Below the pieces are notes generated by a model, which was not told where the DNA came from, ran no database searches, and was given only the letters and a program-made list of their open reading frames with translations. Positions 12,042 to 24,411 of a stretch of DNA of 64,000 nt are shown here, in pieces. Origin of the DNA: Patellaria atrata CBS 101060 (taxonomy: Eukaryota); NCBI GenBank assembly GCA_010093705.1, contig MU006093.1:553557-617556 (forward strand). The letters are read 5' to 3'. The translations under genes were made by a program, and so were the position numbers. Numbering within the stretch: the stretch's first letter is position 1; every line of letters starts with the position of its first letter.

Positions 12042-14298
12042 CTAAACCAACGTAAACGATTCCAATTTCACATTTCTCGCTTTCAGTGCATCTGGTAACA
12101 TTCTTGGATCCGAGTTCATGGTTTCTCCTGTCTCCTTGTGTCGGAAATAATCGTATACCTGAGGGTCATCGGCATCAGGTTTATGATCAAATCTTTCCCA
12201 GTCCTTTATTATTCCAAGTCGCGGATCATCGTCAGTGACCTTATGAGTCTCTTTATTATGGAAGCGGTATTTATATCGATTCCCATAGTCTCTGAACATC
12301 TGAACCTCCCATGGCTGTGGCAATGGCCCGAGAATACTGAAGGCGTCTTTTAAACCATCAACATAGCATTCGCCTATGACAATAAAAGTCTCAGGCTCCT
12401 TCTCTCTAAGCACAACTGGGACGTCGCAACCTAGGAGAACGCACAGAAAGTCGCCTGAGATGCAGATTCATTAGTATCACTCGATCAATTTCGTCAAAGG
12501 ACCTCTTACCAACTTGAGTGTCTGGTGGCGCCAATGCGACATAGCCGTCCCCCGTTTCGATATACGCGTGCCCTTTACAAAATTCAATGGTTTGGCGGAC
12601 ATGGTGGTTTGCTATGACCGGGTTGCTTGAAGGAGTATCTTCTTGCTTGCTGTCTTCTTCTAAGAAGTGAAGCCAATCAGGCTCCCACTCATCAAATAGG
12701 GGGTATATCCGTTCCCAACCTGCCCAGCGTTCACGAACCCTCCCTTTCCGAAGGGTGATTAGATGGGCATGCCTCCTTGCCCTCGCATCATCAGAATCAG
12801 ACAAAGCGGTCGTATTAGGTGTACGTTTTGGTCCCCACGTGCGGATCACTGTAAGAGGATGGTCATTTCCATCAAGTAGCGGACTGGACACACTAGTGAC
12901 GATTGAACCCCTTACACCTAGTACACGAAGGATATTCGGCGCCTCGTATGCGAAATGTGCGCGAGAATGACCCGCAGAGAACTGCCCACTACATGGGAAT
13001 TTTCTAGCAAGTTTTGCGGTGAGATCTGGCACCCACGAAGGCACATTGATCAATCGTCCATATTGACAAGTCCTTTGAATTAGCTCCAGCCTTTGAACAT
13101 GGTTCATATATACCAAGGTGGTTTCGGTATATACTTGTGGCACAGAAAGAGAATAGTCCGGTCGAATCTTTGCTGCCAGTCTTTTTGGAGTTAACCCAAG
13201 GATACCGTAGACATAATCCCTTGGATCAGTACATCTTCTCTTGTCTGGCAAGCGTACAACACGGTTGAAGGGAAGTCCTACGGACGGATTCGTAATCTTA
13301 GCTAAGAACCTCAATCTGCTTTCTATCTTCAATGGGGTATAGTGATTTTCTTTGAAACATGTAGCTGCTCGACGGAACAGCTTGAACATGATGGTATCCT
13401 GACCACACTGCATAACAGCATCCGGGTTTGCCAATAATATTTCCTGAATTATCCACACACGATTGAACCACTCTCGGTTAAGAAGCAAGTCGATAGCATC
13501 CCAAGTTTGAGTGCAAGAACAGACCTTAATTCTCGGATCATTCCAATTTCTCTCCACAGCATCCGGTGAGGGGCATAGTGAACCAGTCTCCAACAGTTCG
13601 ACTTGTTTCCCAATGTATTTTATTGTTTCCAGCGCCTCGTGGCTTGAATCTGATTCTGGTCCAAGCCAGGCAATCACACGAGAAGCAGACGAGTATATAT
13701 CAGTCATTCGACGTACTTGGCTCTCTCTTTCTTTAAAATTATTTTGGTCGATGCAGATAGCATCTATCCATAATATGCGAGATGACGTTGGATTGCGGAG
13801 GTACGACAGTGCTAGATGCAATCCTTTTCGAACTTCTAACTCCTTCAGTTCGACAGATTCTCCTATTGTAGTTTCTCCCACCAATAGACTGTCATGCTCG
13901 CTGGACTCGCCCCATACATAGGACAGAGCCTCATATCCTGTTTCGCGCAGTCTCACGTCGTCTTCGAAGGCTGTGTAAGACGAAGGTGGATCAATACTTG
14001 CTGAAAAAGCCCACTGCCAGCGGCCGGGGTCCGGTTCACGGGGATCCTCGATTATAAACCGCTCCTCTACAGTGACATGTGCCCGTAACGGCTCAGAGAG
14101 TTTTCGGTTCAGCTCCTGCAAGGACAACTCTGACTTTGCTGTTTTCCTCCATTCGGCGAGGCTTGCAGAGAATATTCGAATACGGATCTCTTCGTCTACC
14201 TCTCCCTTTACAAGCTCAACGAGACGGATATCAGTTGACGGGTTCAGCAGAGGTGAATAGGTGTACTTTTCCAGCGGACGAGGCTCTGTGTCCGCCAT
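12042..14298 (-). CDS. HET-domain (heterokaryon incompatibility, HET-6-like) protein
   Basis: Motifs IRLVEL, YEALSYVWG, LWIDAICIDQ, ERESQVRRMTDIYSSA, WFNRVWIIQE, DPRDYVYGILG, PSWVPD and IGECYVDG. Intron 12455-12509. First ATG at 14298 (MADTEP). Confidence 0.92.
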
Positions 14299-15554
14299 TT
14301 CTCTGAACCAATTCACTGGTGGAATCAACGAAACTTGTTCAATCCTAGAGGGGTTGCAGTTATGGCGACGTATAAAAAGTTCAGGTTTAACTTTTCAAAG
14401 GTGAAGCTTAGGGATGAAATATCAGAGATCCCAGCCGCTTCCCGCTGAAGTAGGGATTGGGGGCCAACAAGGCTATGTGTGGGGTGATCATGAGGGGTAC
14501 ATAATGAGGCTCCAGGCGCTATCTGTGTTTCTCACCTGTCCCAGTACGATCTAGACGTATATTCGCGGGTCACCAACATTTACAAATAGAAAGGAAGTGT
14601 GTACTTCCGTACTAGTCGAGTAACTACGCAAAGTTGACAGTTAATATTCATTATAGCAAATATAGGATCGAGGGAAGCCTAGATTGTCATTTAGCATAAG
14701 AAATACTCTATGTCTTAAACAAAAAGAGCGTACGAGTTGAAAATCCAGTTGGTGGTTTTCAGATTTTTCGCACCTTCAGGGGTTGCAATAAACAACAAGC
14801 ATGAGAAACCGCTTATCCACAAGTAGATATATCCCGAGACAGCTGGTTTTAGCGTCCGTTTAGTTTGATCCTCAAAAATACTACCCGTCTATATTTACTT
14901 TCTAAGTTTCGCCCACAAGTTTTCCTCTAATTCACCGTTTACATTATGGTTTAGACGAGAATGAATTGCAGACTTTTGAATAGCTGGTAGAACCAGTCAT
15001 TAATCTCAGTTCAATTAATAAACTACTATAAGTCTTTTTATAGGACTAGGAATTAAGCAAAAGAAGATTGAAATTAGGAAAAAATAACAAAATGAAACTC
15101 GCACTCGTGAGAGGGACGTCTTACTTGAATCGCCTGGGCATTTTTGGTAATCACAGTAAAATTTCAAAGTATGAGGATGCCACGGAGCCTGTTCTTCTTC
15201 ATCTGACGTAATAACTGAGTTATATCACTATCTACAGCTCACTAAGCGCACGTATGCTGTCTCAACTTATCCATTTTGTGGTTTCATGGCAAACAACACC
15301 ATCGATGTTTAAATTAGCTATGTAGTCATAAACTAAGTCATGAATTGCTAAAACTCATCTAGCTTTTTCATCGTGTATGCGATGATCTAATAACATACCC
15401 CACAAGGGTTGGGGAACTGCCATGTATACGCACTAGGCATTCACATAATCCCAAAAAATATGCTTTTTCCCATGTACCAATACGTCTAGTGACGGACCAA
15501 ACCATACTTACAAAATACAAATGGGCATCTCACTGAACTCTCAATATTTCCTGA

Positions 15555-17282
15555 TCAATCTTGGTAGTCTCTATAGACTGGGACGGTGCGGGGAGTCCTT
15601 GCTTGTCGCTCCCTCGCTGCTCGCGAAGGCGTACGGAATTCATGCGCCTCTCTAACGCTGGCTACGCTATCGGATCTCTGACCTCCTCTCCTCATCCTCC
15701 TTTCTCTCAGAGGTGATGTATGGGATTCTGGCATCTCACCCCCATGAGTTCGGCGGCCAGACCTCTGCCCATTTTGAGGACTCCCTCTAAGTCGGCGTGG
15801 CGTCCTGTCGGGCGTATCAAAGTCTGGAAAGCGTAATCGTTCGCCCGGAGGTGTGCGCATGTTTCCGTTTACTACCATTGGTGATCTCGAAGGAGTCATT
15901 GTTGGGCGAGGAGGTCTAGGTGTAGGAACTGCACTAGGGGGTAAGATAGAGATAGGAACAAGCTCTAGTCGTTCAAGAGGCGAATAACGATTCTGCAGAA
16001 CCTCATTAACTGCATTGGTCGAGACTGGAGCATGCGAATCTGGAGAGCTTGAGAGTGGCGTGACGTTCCCGGAACGCGCCATGAGATCCGGCGACGACCG
16101 ACTCTGCTCTGAAATAGGGGAAGCATGGAGATTATTTGGAGATGCTGGTTGCAAGGATACAGTGCGTGAATGCGGGGTCGGGTTTATGCGATTCCGGGCC
16201 ATGTATTCTCGCATGTTAGGCATCTCTCCCACTACATGCGGATGTGCCCTTGGCACGGAATGTCGAGGCATTGAGTGTGGTGTGTGTGCACGGTGACGAA
16301 ATGGTGGCCCTTGATGAGACCTATGTCCCGCATTCTGCGCGAACGTGTACCATTCATCTCGGAGAGGCGGAGGAATCTCGAGAGAAGGGTGTAGCCGCAC
16401 CCGAGATGACGGTCCGGCGGAATTATGATGTCTATAATCATGACGCTGCTCTGTATGGGGCCTCCACTGTGCTGGTTGCTGAGCAGAACCTGTGTGTACG
16501 GAAGTGGGATGGGTCCACATAGCAGCTGTTCCCCTACTTCCTGATGCTGAAGAGGGAACACGTAAACCTGATGCTCTTGAGTCTCGGCTAGTGGGAGGGT
16601 CGTCGTAGGGCGCTGCTTCTGAATTTGGTCTTATTCGAAACCTTCGAGCGGGTTGGCTTAAGAGGCCAGGAGAAGATTGATCCCCGTGTCTCATCCCATC
16701 CACTATACGCATCGGGGAGCGGGAAACTCTTGGTGGATGGACGATATTTCCTGAAGGCACTCGAGTGACAGGAGGTCTGGTCCGCATCAGCGGAGTTAGA
16801 GACAGGTCGTAATTTCCATCCAAGCCCAATTGAGTCGAGAGCCGCTGTGACAAATCCTCGACTGAAGTCACATCATTCGAATTTGGAACGGCGCTTTTCC
16901 CAAATCCTGAAAAGCCAAATTGGTCCTTAAGCGGAGAGGATCCAGGTTCACGGTCTGATTTTCCTCTCAACAGACTGACCCCTTGATTTGCTCTTGCATG
17001 AGAATCTGTAGAATCCTTATCGTCTTCACTCAAATCATCATCTGCAGTAGTACTTGTAGCTGCCCGGAAACCAAAGCCAAGTTTCGAGGGGGAAACAAGT
17101 GGTTCGCTCATAGACTTATCTACGGATCGTTCGGGTCCTCTCTTGATGAGTGGCATCGCGTGTATCGGCGGGGGACAGTTCTTGTAAGCATATCCTGCGG
17201 CTTTTCTTGCGTCTACTCTACGAAAGGTTTCGTTGATATCACCAGCTGTGAGCGTAATCTCCGTAGGTCTACAACGAAGCAT
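15555..17282 (-). CDS. Disordered P/R/S-rich protein with N-terminal Cdc26-like (APC/C) motif
   Basis: 575-aa uninterrupted ORF. The N-terminus MLRCRPTEITLTAGDI resembles the Cdc26 MLRRxPTxIxLxxxDI motif; the rest is low complexity. Confidence 0.65.
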   Translation of the reverse strand: MLRCRPTEITLTAGDINETFRRVDARKAAGYAYKNCPPPIHAMPLIKRGPERSVDKSMSEPLVSPSKLGFGFRAATSTTADDDLSEDDKDSTDSHARANQGVSLLRGKSDREPGSSPLKDQFGFSGFGKSAVPNSNDVTSVEDLSQRLSTQLGLDGNYDLSLTPLMRTRPPVTRVPSGNIVHPPRVSRSPMRIVDGMRHGDQSSPGLLSQPARRFRIRPNSEAAPYDDPPTSRDSRASGLRVPSSASGSRGTAAMWTHPTSVHTGSAQQPAQWRPHTEQRHDYRHHNSAGPSSRVRLHPSLEIPPPLRDEWYTFAQNAGHRSHQGPPFRHRAHTPHSMPRHSVPRAHPHVVGEMPNMREYMARNRINPTPHSRTVSLQPASPNNLHASPISEQSRSSPDLMARSGNVTPLSSSPDSHAPVSTNAVNEVLQNRYSPLERLELVPISILPPSAVPTPRPPRPTMTPSRSPMVVNGNMRTPPGERLRFPDFDTPDRTPRRLRGSPQNGQRSGRRTHGGEMPESHTSPLRERRMRRGGQRSDSVASVREAHEFRTPSRAARERQARTPRTVPVYRDYQD

Positions 17283-18654
17283 CTTTGAACAGGAGTAATG
17301 GAACTGGAACCGGAGCTGACTAAGTGATATTTGGACACGTTATCACAGCTATTAAATAAGTTGAATAGAAAAAAAAAATCAAAGTTACCGAGGAAGGCAC
17401 AATCTCCACGTTTATAATTATCACCCTGCGCTGGTCTGGTAGAGAAGCTACAACTGATTACCGGGAAAGAGTAAATAATAGTGATACAAGACTGGGAGTC
17501 AACGCAAATTAAATAAACTAAACACTTTCCAATTTGAGTTTACCGTTTTTGATGGTATTACGTACGGAGGAGCTTCGTTAACAGATACAAAGCGAGTGCT
17601 TGAACTGTAATGTATTATGTATAGACATGTTCCAGAACAGAGATACCAATATCCGTATTGCGAGCGATATTTTGAAGGCAGAGCGCTTCTCTTTGTAATA
17701 TAAGAGCAGGTAGTCATACAGACTGGTACTAACAGCTCAAGAGGGCTCACTGACCCCATCCATCCAAAACTAGTGGAAAGAGTATTGATATAAGAAGATT
17801 TTTTTAAGCAATATGATCTGACGGCATTTGTACTTTAGGGAACTTGTCCTACAGCTTTGTATTGACATGGTTGCTTCACCCGTGAACATGGTTGGCTTTG
17901 AGGCCCCTGGAATATGCGTGTTGCATCAATTTTCAGCTGGCGAAAAGATGATGGGGTCTTGAAGATACAAAACAGAAGACAATCCCATCATGCTGTTGAA
18001 TAATAGATATCAGCCCAAGAAATACACGAGCGACAGTTGACGGAAAAGAGACGGCTGAGATCAGTTTAAGGAATTGTATCGATGAATCTGTGACGTCAAC
18101 ACATTTGTTTGCTAATTGCATGTTTGTTATAGACCGTTTGGAGACAGATCGGATCATTTACCTCACAAAACCCAACGCTAAGGACGATACATCCGCAAGT
18201 TGGACATCCTGGATGTGGAGATGTAGTGTTGATAGAGTTTCAAGTCGAGTCAACGGCAGTTACATAAGCGGCTCTGCGTTCTGGGCAGATTGCGATTGCG
18301 ATGGCCGCGCCTCAACAACACGATCGAACACGAATCTAGTTACGAAGCCACTTTCCGCTGTACGCATGCTTGAGACGTGAGGCATCAGCCGCTGTCTACC
18401 GGCACATAAATGCCATAGTCTTTGAAGAAATCGGGCGGATTTCTGCATCGTCACTCGCTCGCCTCCACTGCCCGCCCTACTCCCAGTCTTCCAACGTTTC
18501 TGTGTCTCCCCGGCTAGGACTCGGTTACCTGCTATCACCAACCTTCGTTCTAATTGCCTTTGATTTTACTTTGACCAGCTCGAAGCTATTCATTCGTTTC
18601 TGCGTACTGAAATACTTATTAACGAGCGACTAACGGTCGCTGGTGAGCCACAAG

Positions 18655-21331
18655 ATGAACAACGATATCAGTTTGTCTCAAACTCTTGGTGGCTTGCGTA
18701 TTGCCAATCCAGACGAGGATGTTGATACACCACCTTCAGAATCAAGTCTAGCAGTACAACCAGTGGATAGATCTCCTTCGCCGCTATTAGATTCAGATGA
18801 TACCGCTACTCCGATCGCGCCCCAGCCTCCTCCAGCGTCGTCACACTCGTCCTCAAGCACAATAACAGAAAAGCAGCTGGCACAAACTGGAACGTCACTT
18901 TCACAGCAGGAGACCTCTTCCTCGACTCATTCCCAAGCTATCAGCTCCATTTCCTCACAATCGCCGAGCGTAAACGGACACCCTGCACCCCCCAGCAGCG
19001 ACCAGCAATACCCTCCGCGGCTTGTTCATCGCTCATCCATGCCAATCGCACACCAAGCACAGCAACAGCTCCAGTATGCCCCGAATTCGTCTTCCACTCC
19101 TCAAGTTCGAAACTACATACAGACCCAGTCGTCCATGAACCGTCCTGTGTCTGGTTTCTACGACCACCCAAACTTGTCCTCTTCCTCTCAGCCGGGATCA
19201 TATCGCTATCGGGATGAGCCACTGGCACAAAACTCCCCTATAAATGTTAATCGAAGTGCTTCAAGAGCCGCAGCTGTGGCTATGCCGGCTGGCGTACCGA
19301 CAAGAGAATCGAGTCGGAGCGACAGAAATTATCGACCACAAATGCCCAATGGAGGAATTAGTCCACTACCGCCGCGGAGAAGTTCACAACGGATACCGAT
19401 GGGTATGGGAGAAGGGTCTAGCCCTCCCACGATAGGACAGTTGTCTGGATCCCCATATGTAGGAGGTCCACTCCCCAGCGCAGATGACTGGCAAGAGAGG
19501 GGTGCAGCCGTGGGTATTCGACGAGAAATTGACCAGAATGGTAATCCCGTGCAGAGACTTGTGAAAAAGGGAGTTAAAGATTTCAATTTTGGGAGAACAT
19601 TGGGTGAAGGATCATACAGCACAGTCCTAGCTGCGACTGATCGTCAGACGCTTCGAGAGTACGCAATTAAGGTTCTAGATAAAAACCACATTATCAAAGA
19701 AAAGAAAGTGAAATACGTGAACATAGAAAAAGAAGCTCTCAACCAGTTAACGGAGCACCCGGGGATCGTGCGGCTTTATTACACTTTCCAGGATAAGCGT
19801 TCGCTGTATTTCGTTCTGGATCTTGCTAGTGGAGGCGAACTATTAGGAGTTCTTAAAAAGATGGGAACGTTCGACGAAGAATGTACAAGGTTTTATGGTG
19901 CACAGATTCTGGATGCCATTAGCTACATGCATTCCAGGGGCGTCATACATCGAGATCTGAAACCGGAAAATGTACTACTGGATGATCAGATGCATGTTAA
20001 AATCACCGATTTTGGGACTGCGAAAATATTACCTAAGCCGACTCCTATCTCTGGCGATGCCACGCCTGGGGACCTTCTGGATGGAGCAGAGACTAGTAGG
20101 GCTTTGTCATTCGTCGGAACTGCTGAGTACGTCAGTCCGGAATTACTCAATTCAAGAAACGCTTGTAAGGCCAGTGACCTGTGGGCGTTTGGTTGTATCA
20201 TATATCAGTTGCTAGCTGGTCGTCCACCCTTCAAAGCAGCTAATGAATATCTAACATTCCAAAAAATTGTCAATCTGGAGTACACCTTTCCTGAAGGCTT
20301 CCCGGAAATCGCTAAAGATCTGGTCGAGCGCCTACTAGTTTCAGACCCAGACAAAAGACTGCCTATTGAGCACATACGGAACCATCAGTTCTTCGATGGC
20401 GTGCAATGGGGTACAAGACTCTGGAAGCAGAAGGCTCCCCGTCTGAAATCTTACGTTCCACCTGCTCAACAGCCCATCAAATTAAATGGTAACGACCAAA
20501 CCTCATATCCACCAAATATTAGCATGCAAAAGTCTATGTCCAGCGGTAATGCCCTTCGACCACAACCCAGACTGATAACGGAGCTTCCGCCCCCAAGTCA
20601 ATTGGATATTGAATGGTCCCCAGTGTTGACCAGGAATAACGAGCGCATCCTCAAGTTGGGCAACCTTGTTGTCACATCAGCGCCTCCGCCTCACAGCCCA
20701 AGTTCCAGGAACGGCGAGTACCCTAAAGACACGTCGAGTAAATTGTCCCGATTGTTCGGGGGAAGTACAACCAAGAAAAGGCAGCGGTTAGTTATGATCA
20801 CATCAAGCGCGAGAGTCATCTTAGCTGCTGCGGGCGGGGACGAGAAGAAAACGAAGATGGAGATCTCTTTACTGGGACCAAGCACATCATGGAAGAGTTT
20901 CAAGGACTCAAAAGGCCTAACAGCATGGTGCATCGATACAGTAAGTAAAACTCTGAAGGCTCCTCGACTGGAAATACTAATCGGGTTAGCGTGACAAACA
21001 CCTCGTCTTTGAAGACCCCAAAACTACTATTTCTGATCCAGATGGGAGCAAATATTCTACTCAAGAGTGGCTTGACTCCATTGAACGAGCTAAAGAGCTT
21101 GCTATCTCCCAGAGCATGACGAATTCTTACTCCGGAGACACAAATTTCAATGACCTCAGCTCCACCTTATCAAGTCCAGCTAGTACCCTTGGGGGCGACG
21201 CTGCACTTGATGCAGTTAATATTCCTACTACAAGACATCTAAGAAAAGAACAAGGCGATAACGAAAGCATCAAAGGCAGGAAGAGGTTCAGCAAACGACA
21301 CTCGAAGAACGGCCTTTCAGCCGTGTTCTAA
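18655..21331 (+). CDS. PKH1: PDK1-family AGC kinase (Pkh1/2, Ksg1) with C-terminal PH-like domain
   Basis: Motifs DFNFGRTLGEGSYSTV, YAIKVLDK.HIIKEKKVKYVNIEK, HRDLKPEN, DFGTAK, SFVGTAEYVSPE and NEYLTFQKI. Intron 20941-20989. Confidence 0.95.
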
Positions 21332-22143
21332 TCTTTTCTTCGGCACCTCTAGCATTTAATTGGTCTAATTTGGAACCTTAGGAAAACTTACATCAAAACT
21401 TCTTTCACATATATTCTTACTCACCGTTAACGACTTACTTTTGACGCAGCGATTTTGTTTTCCAATTCATCACGAGTCCTTTTCTAGTCGCCATACTTCC
21501 AGCATCATTTTTATTTAACAGCATCCTTGTGCACGGTGTCTTGGTGTTCGTTCTGCTTACTTTGGGTCCATATCTATTTCATGTTACTTACACAAAGAGT
21601 GAAGCGGCTTGTCAGTCTTATCCATCAAATCTGTTATAAGATGTAGATTTTTTTCCCACCGTTATCTATCTATTACCTTCCAGTCCTACTTAGAGGTGGA
21701 AATGAGGTACAGGCACGAAGTACTGGCACTCGTGGCTCTCAGACGATTGGATTAGGGGAAGGAATACTGAGTGGAAAAGCACGCAATGATATACTGAAGT
21801 CGAATTGCAGGGGAGGACATAGGATCTCCCTATCTGCGGGATGGTAAAGAGCGGAGATCAGCTCTAGCGTTTGGCTGCCTCGCATGGAGAGAATTGTTTA
21901 TTACTAGGTTTAGTTGCTGCAAATAGGTATCTTATTCGACGCAAGCTGACACTGACTTTTTTCCTCGCCTAAAGTCTTCGTAGCTTGCAACATCCATGAA
22001 AGCTTGACAATATCTTAATCCAACGTGACCAAGGCTAAAAGCCAATCCCGCCCGCACACCCAAACAGTAAACTCCAAAACTCGTACACCACAGGCTGAGA
22101 AAGAAGCACAAATACTCGACCGGAACCTCAGTTCAGAAAATGT

Positions 22144-23864
22144 CTAATGCATCTTCTGTCTCGCCAACCACAATCCTACACCCTCCCTCGCCTGCTCGCC
22201 TCCCCAAACTCCAGCATCTCCACCCCTCCTCCACTCCTCCGAAGTGCCCTCCTCACCAACACCCCTCACGGCCTCGCCGAGGATGACCTCCATATCCCTC
22301 CTCTGGCTGCTGGTCCAGCGTCTCACAAAGCCCACCGGATCTCTCGCCATGGAGCTGAAAAAGGCGTGCTTCGCCTTCGCGTCGTGGATCGCTTGGACCG
22401 CTTCCGCTAACTGGGTGTCGAGGGTTGAGATGGTTTGCAAAGTGGACAAATAGATGGGCGAGTGGGTTTGTTGGAGATAGAGGGTGCGGAGGGGATCGGT
22501 GGCGGGGACGCGGATGTCGTAGATTGTCGCGGGGGGGTGGGGCTGCATGGTGATGTAGTCTTTGTCGACGCGTATGGTGTAGGAGAGGGTTAGTGGAGGG
22601 AGGGCGGTGAGGTGGGGGAGGACGGCGTCGGGAAGATAGGGGAAGAAAAGGCTTTCTGATTTGAAGACCTGGATGGGGGTTAGCGGGATTTAAACATGGA
22701 GAAGAAGAGTTAGTGAAAAGGGGTGGTCGGGCCGGGAAGGGGCTAAATAAGCGACGTACCGCTTTGAGACGAGCATCACAGTGGATGCGCCGCGTTTCTT
22801 CGTCTTCTTGCAAGCCCATCGCTTTGACGTAGTTCCAGATGTTCATCATGACACCGGCGCGGTCATCTTCTTCGGTGTCGAGGAGTTCGGCTAGCTCTTT
22901 ACTTAGGCGGTAGCGTTCAGGAACTTCGTCACGCACGAGGTTTATGGTTACATTGATGTTCTCGTCGCTCTTGCGCTCGAACTCAAGGGTATCGAAGTTA
23001 GCTTCTGGGGCAGGGTTGGGGACGTTCGGACGCGGGGGGACGGGTTTGGTCCAGTCGATAGAGGTGAAGTTGTCGGGTTGCACCGACTTAGAACGGTCGA
23101 AGTCAATTGTGATCTGTTTAAAGAAATGGGAGAGCTTCGTGCGCTCTGGGATGGTTGAGGAATGCGACGGGGTTGCGGGCTTTTTTGTTTCGTCGCCAGT
23201 GGTGTCCATAGCCTCGCCATTCGCTTTCTCTTTCTCATCTGCGCTTTTTCCCTTCTCATTTGAAGTGCTATCTTCATCTATTAGCCTTCCTTCGATCTTC
23301 ACGCGATAAGTAGCTTGCGATTCGCTCCCAAAGTCGAACGCATCTGGATTCATGCCACTTTGCTGCCATGGTTGGTTTTCTGCGGTATTTGATATCCATA
23401 TCCTTAAAGTTTTGTAGCCTTTAGTTGTGCGATTCACAGAGTCTTGAATATCCAGCCTCTTCCTCATCATAACTGCATCCAACCTCTTCTCTACATCTCG
23501 AAGCGCCCGGTACCGTTGCACACCATCTCCAATCACCAGCTCCTCCACACCATCAGGAATGTTCTTATCGGTAGGCTTTTTACTCTGGCGTTTGATAAGC
23601 TCTCGGCGCTGTGCTTCCATCTGTTGCTGCTGTTGCAACTGCTGTTGCGACATTGCGGCAGGAGGATGCGGACCACCGGCAACCAGAGGACCTGGACGTC
23701 GCAAAGTTTGACTCAGGTCAGCCCATTTGATCATATTGAAGAACTTATCTATACAGAGTACAACAGGGGAACGTGATATCAAGGAAGGGGTTAACGTTAA
23801 GCTGTGCAGTTACTTGGAAAGAGGTACCTGGACCTTTCCGGGGAAAATTGTAGCGAGCTTGCAT
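22144..23864 (-). CDS. SNF12: SWI/SNF-RSC BAF60 subunit (Snf12/Swp73/Ssr3), SWIB domain
   Basis: Motifs KKPTDKNIP, EKRLDAVMMRKRLDI, LRIWISNT, HFFKQITIDF, IWNYVKA..LQ and WTSSQRRD. Introns 23692-23827 and 22669-22759; exon 1 begins MQARYNF. Confidence 0.9.
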
Positions 23865-23984
23865 CTTGCTTGGTTAAGTGCGAAAGTGTAGCGAGAGCGT
23901 GATTACACCACCAACGATACAGTTGAACCTTGATGGCGCGAAGGTTGAAGAACGTTCAGATGAGGTCGCAAAGAGGTGAAGGAA

Positions 23985-24228
23985 ACGCGTTGATATAAAA
24001 ATAAAGGGCACGAGGATGAGATGCGTGACTGGCCACCCCTATTCCCACCCCAAGCGAAGTGTCAACGCGGGGCACCACAACCTGCATCAGCCATTCACCA
24101 CCTTTTTCATCCTGTTTGCTTCATTGTGAACAATTATTTGCATCTCTTCATCATGTTTTCCAGCTTTTTATACATTTATTGACCTCTTATGGCTCCCTAT
24201 TGGCCACCATCGACGCGTTATACGCGTC
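23985..24228. promoter_or_regulatory. Three MCB-like ACGCGT elements in a divergent promoter
   Basis: ACGCGT at 23985, 24213 and 24222. The last two form GACGCGT-TAT-ACGCGTC. Confidence 0.4.
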
Positions 24229-24411
24229 TACTTCCGTTTGCTCGGCAATCGTCCCTAAAGAATCCATTTGAGATGTGTTCGTCATAGACCATTTTATATT
24301 AGTTGCATCTTTCAGTTCATAAGTCTTTCTATTGTCTGTACGGATTACCATACAGTACAGCGTTAAGTCTTTCTTTGCCTTGTAAGGAGTATGATATTGT
24401 ACGGTACAGCG

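Noticed and set aside
22253..22760. Pro/Arg/His-rich C-terminus of the 509-aa ORF
   Set aside because: It is an artefact of reading through intron 22669-22759; the true frame shifts to the 22144 exon.
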